Under the pieces are notes generated by a model. It had not been told where the DNA came from. It saw only the letters and a program-made list of their open reading frames with translations, and ran no database searches. The position numbers and the translations under genes were made by a program. Of a stretch of 64,000 nt of DNA, positions 40,047 to 54,453 are shown in pieces. The number at the start of each line of letters is the position of its first letter. Position 1 is the stretch's first letter. This stretch comes from Octopus sinensis. Its lineage: Eukaryota. The stretch lies in the NCBI RefSeq assembly GCF_006345805.1, contig NC_043002.1, positions 46,686,001 to 46,750,000 on the forward strand, given 5' to 3'.

Positions 40047-40834
40047 CTTTGAGTGATAAATTTAACTCCATCGTTAAAATTACTTCCTTTCATCAAGAAA
40101 TATTTGTTATTATATACCAAGGACAACGAGTTGGCAGAATCATTAGATCGTTCGGAAGGAATGCCTTGCGGTACATCTTTCGGTTTTTTTACACTCTGAT
40201 TTCAAAACCGACCGAGGTCAACCTTGATTTTTATCCGTTCGAGGTCGACCCAGAAAGGATGAAAGGATGACATAAAATCGGAAGAAATGTTGCTAAGCAT
40301 TTGTCCAATGCGGTAACGATTCTGTCGGCTATTTATCACTCTCTCTCTATATATATATATAGATTGATAGATAGCCGGCAGAAACGTTATCTATCTATAT
40401 ATTAATATATAGATAAATAGATGTCAAATTTTAGCACAAGGATACCATATTCAAGAGATGCGGGTATGTCGATTACATCGACCACAATATTTAACTAGTA
40501 CGTACTTATTTTATCCACCCCGAAAAGAATATAACGAAGGCAAAGGTTTCTTCAGCTAAATACATGTCGTTGATTGGTTAAAATTACCTAAATACCACAA
40601 GTTTAACAAGAAATAACTTTTAAAATACGAAATTTTGTCAAAAATGTTGAAAATAAAACCGTGTTGAGTATACACCAGTATACGAAGTTTCAAACTGCTT
40701 AGTTAAAAAAATGATAATAATTTTTTTAAATCTGTGTGCCAAACTGAAGAGATCCCACATTGCTCTAGGAATCGAAACCACAATTTTACGATCATAGGTC
40801 CAACGCCCTAACCACTATGCCAGGCACCTCCACT

Positions 40835-40920
<86 letters not shown>

Positions 40921-41052
40921 ACACACACACACGCACGCACACACGCTTTTGTTTAAATTGTCTAACAAATGACTTGATCTGAGACAGCGTGTTAAAACTT
41001 AAGGAAAAACCACTTAAAAATACATCTAAAAATGGTCATATCTACTTTTGTA

Positions 41053-41531
41053 TTGAATATGCGGACATATGGATGTGCTGTATTCCATTTGATTGATTTT
41101 GACCTCTTGGTATCGGTCACCGATCGGTCATCGTTAGGTATATATATTTTCTTCCTTTCTTTTTCTTTTTTTGTTTTTGTTTTTTGACTTGTTTATAAGA
41201 TCGTATATACCGCTGTCATCTTTCCACCTCTCATGTTTTCTTTTCTTGAAGGTTAGCTTTGAATTAAAACCTACCGCGATCGCTGAAAACATTTTTCTTG
41301 TGTGATATAAATCTATAGAAATTGCGGTTCCTGCAATGTAGGGTGAACTTTTATGTTAAACTTGTTACAAAAATACAATGATATCTAGAATACTGTAAAC
41401 AAGGAAAAAAAAATAATAATGCAATAAAAATGGAATCTGGGAATGACTAATGATAGCAGATCAATGACCGATGATCAGAGGTCAAAGTCAACGAACATGA
41501 ATACAACAAACCTATGAATCCGTACTTTCAA
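41053..41531. mobile_element. Old MITE-like fold-back (about 90-bp degenerate TIRs)
   Basis: ttgattttgacctcttggtatcggtcaccgatc at about 41093-41125 pairs with gatcaatgaccgatgatcagaggtcaaagtcaa at about 41459-41491. Confidence 0.5.
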
Positions 41532-41539
41532 CGCAGAAG

Positions 41540-41579
<40 letters not shown>

Positions 41580-41775
41580 CAGGTCATTAGCAAAACAGTT
41601 ACAGTGGAACTGTGTCAGTGACCAGGTCTTATAATGCTAATTTTCACACCTCAAGATATAAAGTAGGAGTAAATATTACAATTCCTATTTGTGCTTTAAG
41701 TGGCTATATTCCACGATGTGAAGCAATCACACTCTCTCTCTCTCTCTCTCAGTGCGTGCGCGCGCGTGCGTGTAT

Positions 41776-41813
<38 letters not shown>

Positions 41814-42060
41814 CTGTCTTGATACAGAAATTGGGGAGACCGTTCGAAGAAGGATACAATGTAAAGCTTTTATTTACGTATACGCAAAGCTTTCGAAGTT
41901 TCTATAAAGATTTCGAAACATACAGATGCAGTTGTATTGGATTTTGAATTTGTATATATGTATATGTATGTAGAAATACATACATACATACATACACATA
42001 CATACATACATACACATACATACATACACACATACATACATACATACATACATACATACA

Positions 42061-42091
<31 letters not shown>

Positions 42092-42594
42092 GTTAACATA
42101 AAACTGAAGATCAATGAAAAAGAGAACCCTTATGCTGAACTACTGAGAAATCTGTCGTTTCTCTATCCAGATTACAAGTTCTGGTTTATACCTGTAATTA
42201 TCGGGACCCTAGGATACATAACACACTGCCTAAATACCAATCTTGAAAAATTAGGCTTCTCAAAACCAGGAAGGAGAAAGCTAATTCGAAGACTACAGAT
42301 CCAATCCGTCACTGGAACTGTAAAAATCTGTAAAATTTCCAGAAGTTTACCATTTAAAAATATATGAGCATGTCTAGATATGCAACTATATGCACGAGAA
42401 TACATACATAAAACATACAAATTTGTATATACATACATACATACATACATACATACATACATACATACATACATACATACAAGCAAAAATACCCTGTTGC
42501 TGATGTTGAAATTCCAATGAAGGAGCCTTGGATCTAGGTTAGAAACCGGTTCTTTCTCGTTTGGCAAGAAATTTTGAAATAAACAGAGTAATGA
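42092..42594 (+). mobile_element. R4/Dong-like LINE 3' end, subfamily 1, in (TACA)n
   Basis: NIKLKINEKENPYAELLRNL..YPDYKFWFIPVIIGTLG..QSVTGTVKICK followed by 3' UTR; (TACA)n on both sides. Confidence 0.8.
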
Positions 42595-42676
42595 CATACA
42601 TACATGCATGCATGCATACATACATACATACATACATACATACATACATACATACATACATACATACATACATACA

Positions 42677-43095
42677 GAGGGGCAAAGCTATATATCATCA
42701 CAGATGTCAGCTGTCCTGCAGATATAAATATATCTTTGAAGATCAAAGAAAAAGAGGATATCTATGGACAACTGCTTGGAAATTTCCAGCTTCTATATCC
42801 AGACTATAAATTCATATTGATACCAATAATAATTGGAGCACTAGGTTTTGTTAGTAAATGCTTAAAGGAGAATATGGATAAACTGGGATTTTCAGAAAGA
42901 GAAATCAACCGGCTAATTCATACATTACAAGAGCAATCTGTGAGTGGAACAGTAAAAATATGCAAGACTTTTCTCAAGTTCCAAATGTGAATTTGTCTGT
43001 GTTAGCTACATCCCAAAGATGGAGCCTTGTATCTTTGTTGGAAACCGGTTACCTCCTCAGTGGAAGACTTATAATTATCAAAAAGTAGAAGAGAC
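42677..43095 (+). mobile_element. R4/Dong-like LINE 3' end, subfamily 2, directly after (TACA)n
   Basis: ITDVSCPADINISLKIKEKEDIYG..YPDYKFILIPIIIGALG..QSVSGTVKICKTFLKFQM, stop at 42988-42990. Confidence 0.8.
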
Positions 43096-43526
43096 ACATA
43101 TATATATAAATATAAATTATGTATACACACACACTCACATACACTCAAAGATACACGTGTAATTTGGTCTCATATATGTAAGAACTTCCATCGACTAAGA
43201 TTTTGGAAAAATTATTAAGGAAAAGCTCACTCCTGCTCCTGGATAGCGAAGGCATAGCTTCTAGGTGGAATGTAATGTATCTTCACTGGACCAGGAGAAG
43301 CTACTCTTCCTATCAATACTGTTGTTGCCCTCTAGCTTAGGGGATATGTACCCATGCATTACTCTTTGCTGGTATAATGCGTACTTCTCCAAGTTTCTGT
43401 ATAAGAAGGCCAGTTCAGCTGCCATTGGGTCGCACGAGACAATTGTATTCTCAGAATAGTACATAGTAGTTCTGCTTCAACACTGAAGATGTTACTCTCC
43501 TTTATTGAGTATGCATGGAATCTCTT

Positions 43527-43927
43527 TACTCTTTTACTCTTTTACTTGTTTCAGTCAGTTGAATGCGGCCATGCTGGAGCACCGCCTTTAGTCGAGCAAA
43601 TCGACCCCGGGACTTATTCTTTGTAAGCCCAGTACTTATTCTATCGGTCTCTTTTGCCGAACCGCTAAGTGACGGGAACGTAAACACACTGGTTGTCAAG
43701 CAAAGCTAGGAGGACAAACACAGACACACAAACACATACAAACATATACATATATATATACATATATACGACAGGCTTCTTTCAGTTTCCGTCTACCAAA
43801 TCTACTCACAAGGCATTGGTCGGCCCGAGGCTATTGCAGAAGACACTTGCCCAAGATGCCACGCAGTGGGACTGAACCCGGAACCATGTGGTTGGTTAGC
43901 AAGCTACTTACCACACAGCCACTCCTT
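43527..43927 (-). mobile_element. SINE family A, near full length
   Basis: Complete motif set. Confidence 0.9.
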
Positions 43928-43944
43928 CTTTCTTTAATATTCAG

Positions 43945-44540
43945 CAGGTGTTGTCTGAGTGATACAATGTGACATTCAAAGGTTGCTTGGACTGACTTTA
44001 TGCCATCTGCATAAATCTACCGCCATCACATAAATTCTATCGGTGTTACTGTGGAAGTCGCCAGTGATGGACAGTACCTTCCTGGTTTTGATGTCCGGGC
44101 TGCGTATCATTGAGTGTTCAGTCCAAATATAACGAAATATTGGTACTAGCACTGGTACTGCAAAAGCATTGTGAGATATGGTCTTGTTAAATGCAAACAG
44201 CTCTGAGTTCCATATTTTCCGGGGTTTACAGAAGTACTCCTTTGTTATTTCTGGCTTTTGTCACAGCACCAACGTGTGCAACCTTCTTATCGATTCCGAG
44301 GTATTTGTAGCTTTCATCATTAGAGACAAACGAGATAAACAAATCGTTGATGTACATGTTTTCTGGTCGACAATATTTCCTCGGTTAACTATCGTGTATG
44401 AGCATTTATCTTGCCTAAACGCCCTTCCTATATCTCGTGGGAATGTTGTTACTAGTTCTAATTTTTTCTTGATGCTGATTATACAACCAGAATATAACTT
44501 TAGGTCGTCAATATAGAACGAGTGGGAGAGATTAATTTTA
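43945..44540 (-). mobile_element. R4/Dong-like LINE RT fragment
   Basis: LSHSFYIDDLKLY..LELVTTFPRDIGRAFRQDKC, then after a frameshift ESYKYLGI..RKIWNSEL..NAFAVPVL. Confidence 0.8.
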
Positions 44541-44708
44541 TGTATATATGTATGTATGTGCATCTTTATAAATGTACGTTGTGTGTCTATATATGTGTAT
44601 GTGTATGTGTGAGCTTAGTGTTCATTAACACGTTGTCTCAACTCCACATTACATTAAAGTATACGGAACTTTAAAGTCTACGAAATAGTGTAGGACTTCC
44701 TTTGTACA

Positions 44709-45119
44709 CCAGGCCGGATTAAGACCCATAGAAGCCCTCGGCACTTAAAAGATTTAGGTGCCCCCTTGCATATGTAATTCAAAATATAAACAATAGTAAA
44801 CTATAAAATAAATTTTTATTTTTTATAAATGAAACAAAACTAACAGTAAGCTCGAAAATAATGTTTATTTTTTATATTTGAAAAGATTTTTCTTGCCTTT
44901 CTTTTTAATTGCAAAGTCTTAAATCAGATCCTCAAAATTTATCTTGCGTAACACATTTGCTTCCATACTTAGTAGAGATAAGGCATCCCGAATATTATTT
45001 TAGCAAGTTTAAAGTGATTTCTTTTGCGCCGTAAACCACTTACCATTTCTGTGGTGCCCTCACCTTCCCTTGATATCCTAAGCACGTGCTTATTTTGCTT
45101 AATGGTTAATCCAGCGCTG
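44709..45119. mobile_element. hAT-type MITE
   Basis: Termini caggccggattaa / ttaatccagcgctg; imperfect 8-bp TSD tttgtaca / tttgtatg. Confidence 0.65.
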
Positions 45120-45537
45120 TTTGTATGCAAAACAGTATAAACATGAAGGCTCTCCACTACGTCCAACACTGAGTATATTTAATTGTTCGATCAAGTAATA
45201 AGTAGCCGAGCATTCTACAAATTACAGGTACCCTTAATGTTATTCTCAAGCAGAATCAGTGTGACACAGAGCATCACAATGCTGTACCTTTGAGTTACAG
45301 GTATAATCCATCATCTGAATGGCCTTATATACAATTTCCGTCAACTCAGTTTGGCTCACAATGAATGGATCGACACCTGACTATAGAAATATGTTTACCC
45401 CGAATGCTATACAGTGGGGCCGAATCTGGGACATCGAGATTGCGCAGAGAACTCCTTAGTTATGTAGCCATACGGCATCTATACATACATACATACATAC
45501 ATACAGACAGACAGACAGACAGACAGACATATATGTA

Positions 45538-46036
45538 TTTTTTGTATTTAGTCTGCATGATTCTTGATGTGAACACATGGGTTGGTATAGACTTTGTTGT
45601 ATCTGGGGGAAGTTCATTATGCTAATAATAAACACACGCACTTATTCTATTTCACTTCTTTATTTTTCGCCAGCTGACTAATCATTTAACGAATCATCTA
45701 ATCGATTGTTTGACTAGTCATTCGGTTGATTAATCAGTCAGTTACGTTTGTCAAATCCGGCTGACCAGGAGTAAAGAAAGCATGTCATCAAAGAGGTCGC
45801 GAAAGGCGACGAAAGAATTTTGACAAGCATGACTGATTGATTGATTAATCAAATGATTAATCAAACAATCGATTAGTTAATTGGTTAAACAGTTAACTAA
45901 TTGGCGAATGATATAGAAGTGAAACAGAACCAGTGCGTGTGTTTCTTATTGGCATAATGACCTTCTCCAGATACAACAAAGTCTGTTCCAACCCACGAGT
46001 TCACATCAAGAATTTTGTAAACTAAATAAAAAAAAA
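45538..46036. repeat. Long imperfect inverted repeat (about 220-bp arms, about 60-bp spacer), MITE/fold-back-like
   Basis: 45538-45755 aligns by eye to the reverse complement of 45818-46036 throughout (e.g. ttcttgatgtgaac..gactttgttgtatctgg..aaacacacgcact). Confidence 0.85.
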
Positions 46037-46037
46037 C

Positions 46038-46086
<49 letters not shown>

Positions 46087-46300
46087 AAAACAAATAAACA
46101 TGTACACGTGCGTGTGTGGACAAATGAAAGAAAGTGACACTCAATACATTTCGTAGAAGATACATATATTTTTTAATAACAGTTTTTGACTCACCTACAT
46201 ATGACTTGAAGTTTCGTAGGCGCGAATTCTGAGGAGACGGACGTGATCTTTGCTCCCATGAAACTTTGAGTCATATGGAGCCCAGTCGAAATGCTATATA

Positions 46301-46343
<43 letters not shown>

Positions 46344-47790
46344 TGTGTATGTGGTTTTTTGTATTTAGTTTACACACACAAACACGAATCGGTAGATGTA
46401 ATTTTATACGCATAACTATCTGTGTGCATATATGTGTATGCGTATACATGTGCACGTGCAAATAGTGCATTTTCACACTATATTCATGTCAAACATGCTG
46501 CATTGGAGTAAAAAAGGAATTTAATTTTCACGTATTGTCATTCCTTAGTTGAATATCAAGCTAAACAGACGTAGCACACAACAACTGCAGCGAAACTCTA
46601 CAAGTTGACACTTGCAGGTTATGTTAACGCTTATCCTTCGACTGCACTATCTCCTACTTGATACGTTAAAGGCCATGAAGACGTCATATGGCTTCTAGTG
46701 TGTCGTCATTTTACGTTATCTGTTGATGAAAATATATTTCTGTTTCAGTTTTACGATATCACTCGGTTAACGTGATTTGAAAACACACATTAGGAGTTTT
46801 CTTTTCTCGTTTTTCTATGTCCAAGAAAACGTGTCTTGACTAAGATAGTATTTCACTTTTCTCATTCTTCGTTTTTTGAGTTATTTAGGCAATAGTGGGT
46901 TTTAATATCGTTGTAGTATGCAGAAAGAATCGCTGCGTTGCTCTCGGCTTAGCTTGTTTATTACTAAAACTATGAACAAAATCAAAATTTTTGGTAAAAA
47001 AAAGAAAGTGATTGCTAAATTACAAAAATATATTACAAAGATAGGTGAGTGTAGATGCAGGTGTGACAGTGTGGTTAAGAACCTCGCATTACAACCACAT
47101 GGTTTAGGATTCAGTCCCCACTTTATGACACATTAAGTGTGTTTTATTATAGTTTCGGATCGACTAATACTAGTTTTCCTTTTTTAGCAACGAATTTAAT
47201 TTTTTTTTTTTTTAAAGACACTTATTTATTCCAGAAATAATTCATTGAAAATACAAAGAAATAAGGGAAAAAAAGAGAATTGAAAAATAAAAAAAGGAAT
47301 GAAAAGGAGGTGCTCGGCCGTGTCCTGCGGTAGTGACCGCGATGGCGTGACCGCGGAGAATGGCCAGCGACACTCACTGCAGCGGCCACTCGACCTCGCT
47401 GAGCTCATTTCTCCGACGGGTTGCCGTTATTCCTATCTAGCAGAGGTTATCGGATATACCTTGCGTCTGAATTTGGTAGATGGAAATTGTGTAGAAGCAC
47501 GTCGTATATGTATGTGTAAATGTGTGTGTATGTTGTGTGTGTGTGTGTGTCTTTGTGTTTGTCTCTTCCATTGCTTGACGACTGGTGTTGGTTTGTAACC
47601 TAGCTGTTTAACAAGAAGAAAGAAAGAAAGAAAGATAGCGACGGAAGAAACGATCTTAAAGGCTAATACAAATACGGATGTATTTTTATACAAATACCGA
47701 AATACTGAAATTAGCCAGACAGTTACAAAAAGTCTCTAGAAATACTTGGCAATATAATTTGATGATCTATCAAGGTAATCACTCACACAC

Positions 47791-47842
<52 letters not shown>

Positions 47843-48069
47843 CACACACACACACACATAAAGGCATAAATAAGGAGTTTTACATACTTTTTTATTTGGG
47901 CATCTTTGACTTACAGCTGTTTCCTACTTAAATTATATGTGCGTTCATTGTTCTGTTTACTCAACTCAGTATTGATAGGGTGAAAAAGTTGAACGACCTT
48001 AAATGCTATCACCGTCGGAGTTCGTGCACAGAATTTATCTATCTATCTATCCAGCCAGCCATCCATCTG

Positions 48070-48125
<56 letters not shown>

Positions 48126-48599
48126 TCAATAATACTACTGATATATGACAGGTAGCGCACGTGCAACTTACAAACGTCCTTGATGACACTCAAAAGTAGT
48201 CTTTTCGCCAGTTTGGCATGAATTCACGAATTGATAAACCAAGGCAGCCTGCAGTTCTTGCTGAATGGCTCTTTCTGAATTACCTTGAATTTTTTTCAGA
48301 AATGCGACCCACTTCTCGGAAAACGTTGCCCAATCTAATGATTAGAATCTTCGCTCCCCACCACAAATGATTTTACCCAGGACCGGTACAACAGACTTGA
48401 CAATCTAAACGACCATCAGGAAGCGCCGCACAAATTCTGAACAACTAAAACAAAATTCCTTGACTCAATTAAAACCATGATATCTCTATCATAAACAAAG
48501 CAGGAAATGTCACTCCCGCAACGGAGGAGGAATGAAGGACCTGGTTGGTGGAGAGCGGGAATATGGGAGAGTCGTGTGCTGTAATGACCCATCACGCGA

Positions 48600-48808
48600 T
48601 TTACTCTTTTACTTGTTTCAGTCATTTGACTGTGACCATGCTGGAGCACCACCTTTAGTCGAATCAAATCGACCCCAGGACTTATTCTTTGTAAGCCTAG
48701 TACTTATTCTATCGGTCTCTTTTGCCGAACCGATAAGTTACGGGGAGCTAAACACACCAGCATCGGTTGTTAAGCGATGTCGGGGGGACAAACACAGATA
48801 TACAACAC

Positions 48809-48872
<64 letters not shown>

Positions 48873-49037
48873 CGACGGGCTTCTTTCAGTTTGCGTCTAC
48901 CAAATCCACTCACAAGGCTTTGGTTGGCCCGAGGCTATAGTAGAAGACACTTGCCCAAGGTGCCACGCAGTGGGACTGAACCCAGAGTCATGTGGGTCGT
49001 AAGCAAGCTGCTTACCACACAGCCACTCCTGCGCCTA
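48600..49037 (-). mobile_element. SINE family A, full length
   Basis: Complete motif set. Confidence 0.9.
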
Positions 49038-49154
49038 TTGATTTCGTGATAAATATTTAAAATTCTTGCCAGAAAACAGATTTAGTTGGTGATATACATG
49101 ATAGTAACACTACACATTTATTGTGCTGTTCTTTATCCTGTATTTTCTTTTTTT

Positions 49155-49388
49155 TTTTACTTGTTTCAGTCATTAGACTGCGGTCATGCTACGACACCAC
49201 TTTGAAGAATTTTTAATTGACTGAATCGACCCCAGTACTTATTATTTTTTTAAAGCTTGGTATTTATTCTATCGGTCTCCTTTACCGAACTGTTAAGGTT
49301 ACGGGGAGGTAGACGTACCAACACTGGTTGTCAAGCGGCAGTGGGGGATAAAGAAGACACACACACACACACACACATATATATGTGC

Positions 49389-49427
<39 letters not shown>

Positions 49428-49602
49428 CACACACATACATACATGGCGGGCTTCTTTCAGTTTTCGTCTATCAAATCCGCTCACAAGACTTCGGTCTACC
49501 CAAGGCAATAGTAGACGACACTTGCTCAAGATGTCACGTAGTGAGACTGAACCCAGAACCACGTGGTTGGGAAGCAAGCTTCTTACCACACAGCCACGTC
49601 TG
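49155..49602 (-). mobile_element. SINE family A, older full-length copy
   Basis: Complete but diverged motif set. Confidence 0.8.
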
Positions 49603-50007
49603 TTAATTATAATTTTTTCAAAAGCATTTTTCAGCTAATGTAAAGAGAGTGATGGTTGGAGGAATTTATATTAAACAAAAATCATTAAAAGGGGCGTATG
49701 ATGTAGGACTGCAAAAAAGAAGGCACACATTGTAGGACTCGCCTAGACCTCAGAATGTGTGATCAGCTAAAATATGAAACAAACATATTTCCCTTAAATT
49801 ATTTGAACTAAACTTGACAAACACAGTTACTTCAAATCTACAGCATGAAAAACACATAAATATATTCTATTCTCACTGTCATTGACCTTTCTTTTAGCTA
49901 CATTATATGACAGAGAACAAATTAATTCAGACACCATGGTGCAACCGTAGTCGCTACACAGTCATTGTGGTTTCACAAAAATCGCTGATACAACATTGAT
50001 ACAAAAT

Positions 50008-50140
<133 letters not shown>

Positions 50141-51561
50141 CATGGTGGTGCATTTTAATAGTAATATTTGTCTCCCAGCAAAATTTCACAAAATACTACA
50201 CTAAGTACATTATAAAGCAATGAGATAAAGTGGTGAGCATAATCATAGGAGAGAAAGAAAAAAAATCTGTTGATTTTCATTTTTAAGAACAGATCAATGA
50301 TTTGTGTTCTTTGAAAATCCGATTTTCTCCTCTTTTCTGCGTAAATATTTCTTCGCTCAAGCAAGAGCTTCACTAGTTCTGCTACATCTACATTTACACT
50401 AGATACATAACTGGCCTTGTAGTTGTTCGTACTTTGCTCGAGGATAGCCCTGATCAAGCAAACTTAATTGTGCAATCTAATTGTGACCATCCTACCTTCC
50501 TTCTTTATTTTTTTCCACAAGACCCATGTTTCTGCCTTTTAAAACGGAAAGGTCTGATATTTAGGAGACTTGGCCATGTAGAGCACCCCTCTTTGATTTG
50601 TACATACATTTATTGTCGTTGTTTTAACCCAAGTTCATGCAGGCCTTATAATCACTGATAGGCCAACAATAACCATATATCCTTAGTATATTTAAGCTCC
50701 AATTGTTCCTTCTTTTGTTCTTTTTTAAGAAGGAGGTGGTGGTGTAATTTAAGTGAAATTTGAATGCAATGTTTAGCAGGTCGTACGACCCTGAAGATAT
50801 TTCCTCGCAGTTCTTCCTACGGGGACAATATTTGGTCTTTTAAATCCCTATATTTCGTAAGTTTATTCCCTTTGATTTTGTAATTAAACTTCGGGGTCAT
50901 TCTCGTAATGATAATTATCCACCATAAAACAGAATTTATATTTTCTGCTTCTGCAATACATTTTCAATATCACGTGTAAGTATGGTTTACGATTCACCAC
51001 TAAAAGTATTTGATTCTTGCTCTGTAAAGAGATGTTTGATGAAATATGTGAAAAAATTAAGCAAATCTAGAATATCGTTATCTGCAAAAAGTGTCACTGG
51101 GAGTCTCTCCGCTCCTCGCAGGATAAGGAGAGATTTTTTTTTTCAAAGCTGTTTTTTCTAAATCACTTTCCGCACTTAACGATAATAAAACTTTGAACGG
51201 ATATATTCGCTTTCCGCGTTCAAAGGATTACCTTGGCTCGTTCTACAAACGGTAGTGAATTGGCGTAATTGTTAGATTGTAGAACAAAATGGCCTGCAGT
51301 ATTTAGATACGTCTCCTTAATAATCATAATTGAAAGGCTAAGTTTTACTTTCGTCCTTCAAAAACAGATAACATGTAGACTTATATAGGGGTCACTTTAG
51401 TATTCCTAAAAGGGAAGAATCCTAGTTATGAAAGGATCAGAGACTTCACACAACTAGTATCTTTGATTACCAAAACCGGTTTTTCCGTTTGTTTTTTCCT
51501 TTTCTTTTTCTTTTAGATGAAAGTATCGTAAACGATATTATTGCACGATTTGCTACGTGAT

Positions 51562-51955
51562 TAAGAAGCTTGCTTTGCAGCCACATGGTTTCAGGTTCGG
51601 ATCCGCTGCACGGTACCTTGGGCAAGTATCTTATACTATAGCCCCGGGTCGATCAATGTCTAGCGAGTGAATTTGGTATATATATGTGTGTGTGTAAGAG
51701 AGAGAGAGAGAGAGAGAGTGAGAGAGAGAGAGAGATGTATATATGTAGTATACATGAATGTAATGCGAGCGTGTGTGTTTATATTTATGTTTGTGTTTGT
51801 TTACATTTCGATAAGTAGCGGCTCGGCAAAAGACACCGATAGAATAAGCACCAGACTTACAAATTAGTGCTAGGGCCGACATATATTCGACCAAACACTT
51901 CAAGGTGGTACTCCAGCACGGCCGCAGTCTAATGACTGATAAAGGAAAAGAAAAT
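51562..51955 (+). mobile_element. SINE family A, degenerate
   Basis: accttgggcaagtatc..ggcaaaagacaccgatagaataag..ccagcacggccgcagtctaatgactga. Confidence 0.75.
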
Positions 51956-52189
51956 AGATAATAATTTGCATGTATGTATGTATGTATGTATGTATGTATG
52001 TATGTATGTATGTATGTATGTATGTATGTATGTATGTATTACATACATATATATATATTATATATCATATATATATATATATATATATCTGTCCTCTCTC
52101 TTATATATATATATATATACATACATATCTATATATATTCATACACACACACACACAACACACACACACATATATATATATTATATATA

Positions 52190-52228
<39 letters not shown>

Positions 52229-52398
52229 AATGTATATATGCATGTTTGTATAGACATACAATATATATATATAATATAATTTATATGTATACACACACGC
52301 GCGCACACACACACACACGTACATAAATACACACACACATACATACACACATACATACATACATACATATACATACATACATACATACATACATACAT

Positions 52399-52437
<39 letters not shown>

Positions 52438-53265
52438 TGTCTGTCTGTTTGGATAAAACAAGTTTTACTTTTTAATATCGAAGGTAAATATTTTTATTAT
52501 ATGTCTATAAATACGAAAGTAAAAATACAAAAATGTTTTTCCACATAACAAATGTTTCCATACAGCAGTTTTACTGTAAAAGTATTAGTGTATGTTTTCT
52601 CAATGTGATTTTACGCGCACAATCCTAAAAGAAAAGAAAGAGAGAGAAAATCACGGCTTAATGAAAGGTTTTTGGCTGAAATAAAAGTTTTCGAATATAT
52701 AAAGTTTTACTAAATAAATTTTAGTACATGTTGTAACCAAAAGTGGTTCTGCAGTTGAAGAAAAATGATATTTTACTGACCGGAAACGGGTTTTGCTGTC
52801 GTTCAGCTACTCAGTACATTTTTAGACACACACACACATAAAGTTCTTTTTTGGAATAGTGGATCTCGAAACAGATAAAGCTATTAATAATAACTTGTAA
52901 ATACTAGATTGAAAAACGCTTTCGGATAGGAAAGTTGAAGGCTACTAGTGGGACCTTTTATGACGTCACCAGTATACGCACACTTTATACACACATGCTT
53001 GCGCACACACACTTTAGCCAGGTCACTGTTGTCTCCCTTATCACCCACGCCGCGAGCCACTTCCATCCTTCTGGTCAGTTCAACGTGTAGCATCATTAAT
53101 TCAGACAGGTTTTTTTTTTACTCCTCCTTTCTTTCCGTAGAAGAGCGTAGGCTCAAAACGTTAAAAACTTCTAATTTTCCTGAGCGCAAACCATACACTC
53201 TATTGTTTTTTCATCTGCTTCTGTTTTTGGTATATGTTTTCTGTATATCTTTTGTATATTTTTAT

Positions 53266-53313
<48 letters not shown>

Positions 53314-53816
53314 TATATATATATAATATATATATAATATAATATATATATATAGGAGATAAATAAAATATATGCATACATACAAACATATATGTACGTA
53401 CCTACATCTACATGTATATATACATGCATATATAAATAATTATACGGAAGTACAGGACATCACAATAAGACGTAGAAACAGAAAAGCCAAAAAACAAAAA
53501 CAAGAAAACGGAAAACGAAAACCAATACAGGACAGGTTACACAAGGACAAAACCCCCCGTCTGTCAGCTGTCTAAGGAGTCAGGCATGTTTCGAAGGCAT
53601 ATATATATATTACCCAGACGAATCGATGGCTCGAAATGAGACACAGTTGAGGGCAGCGATGTTAAATTCTCTTAAACACCAGATGTGCCATCGAAAGTCT
53701 TGCTTGGACTACATCAGGTGGCAGAGAAGAGCCATGCAAAGAACGTGCAGAGAGCACAGCATAGGGAGGGAAAGTCATGGTGGTGCTCCAGCACGCCCAC
53801 AGCCACTTGGCTGAAA

Positions 53817-53855
<39 letters not shown>

Positions 53856-53874
53856 TGTCTGCGTGTGTATATAC

Positions 53875-53911
<37 letters not shown>

Positions 53912-54453
53912 TCTATCTATATATGTTTGTGTGTGTATATACTTACGTTCATACATACATACATACATACATACATACATACATACATACATACATACAT
54001 ACATACATACATACATACATAGAGGATATTTTCCTGGGTGGTGGCTTTTGGTTCTGTGGTTTTGCTGTGTGCGTCGTTGTTGCTGTTACTAGTCTTGTTG
54101 CTGCTGTTGTTATTGTTGTTGTTGCTGGTGTAGGTACTGCTACTTTTGTTCTTGTTCCTTTCACTACTACTGCAAACTAGTGTGACCTGAAAGCTAATTG
54201 TTTTATGTGCCGTCGCAAGCACACATAACACCCTCTCAGTCCTGCCACTCCTTAACACGATGGGACATCGAGAATGTGACAACTAGAAGCAGCAAGACAT
54301 GCACCAACACTAGGTTGGTACTCATCTTCAGCGGAGTGGATGAGAGCTATGTGAAATGAAACGCATTTTTCAAGAACACATCACTTCGCCCGGCCCAAGA
54401 ATCGAAACTATGCAAAAATTTAGTAACAACACACAACGAAGCGCTCTCCAAGC

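Noticed and set aside
43150-43510. Possible LINE ORF1 or host exon fragment
   Set aside because: Only a weak KIHYIPP similarity with stops in the relevant frames; not enough to call.
45785-45820. gtcgc-gaaag-gcgac-GAAA in the fold-back spacer, hammerhead-like
   Set aside because: The upstream box reads tcaaaga rather than CUGANGA, and there is no stem III or NUH site after GAAA.
50155-50457. 100-aa ORF MIRAILEQSTNN..
   Set aside because: No recognisable domain; it begins in an old dispersed repeat (similar pieces near 5520, 60750 and 61010) and ends in low-complexity sequence.
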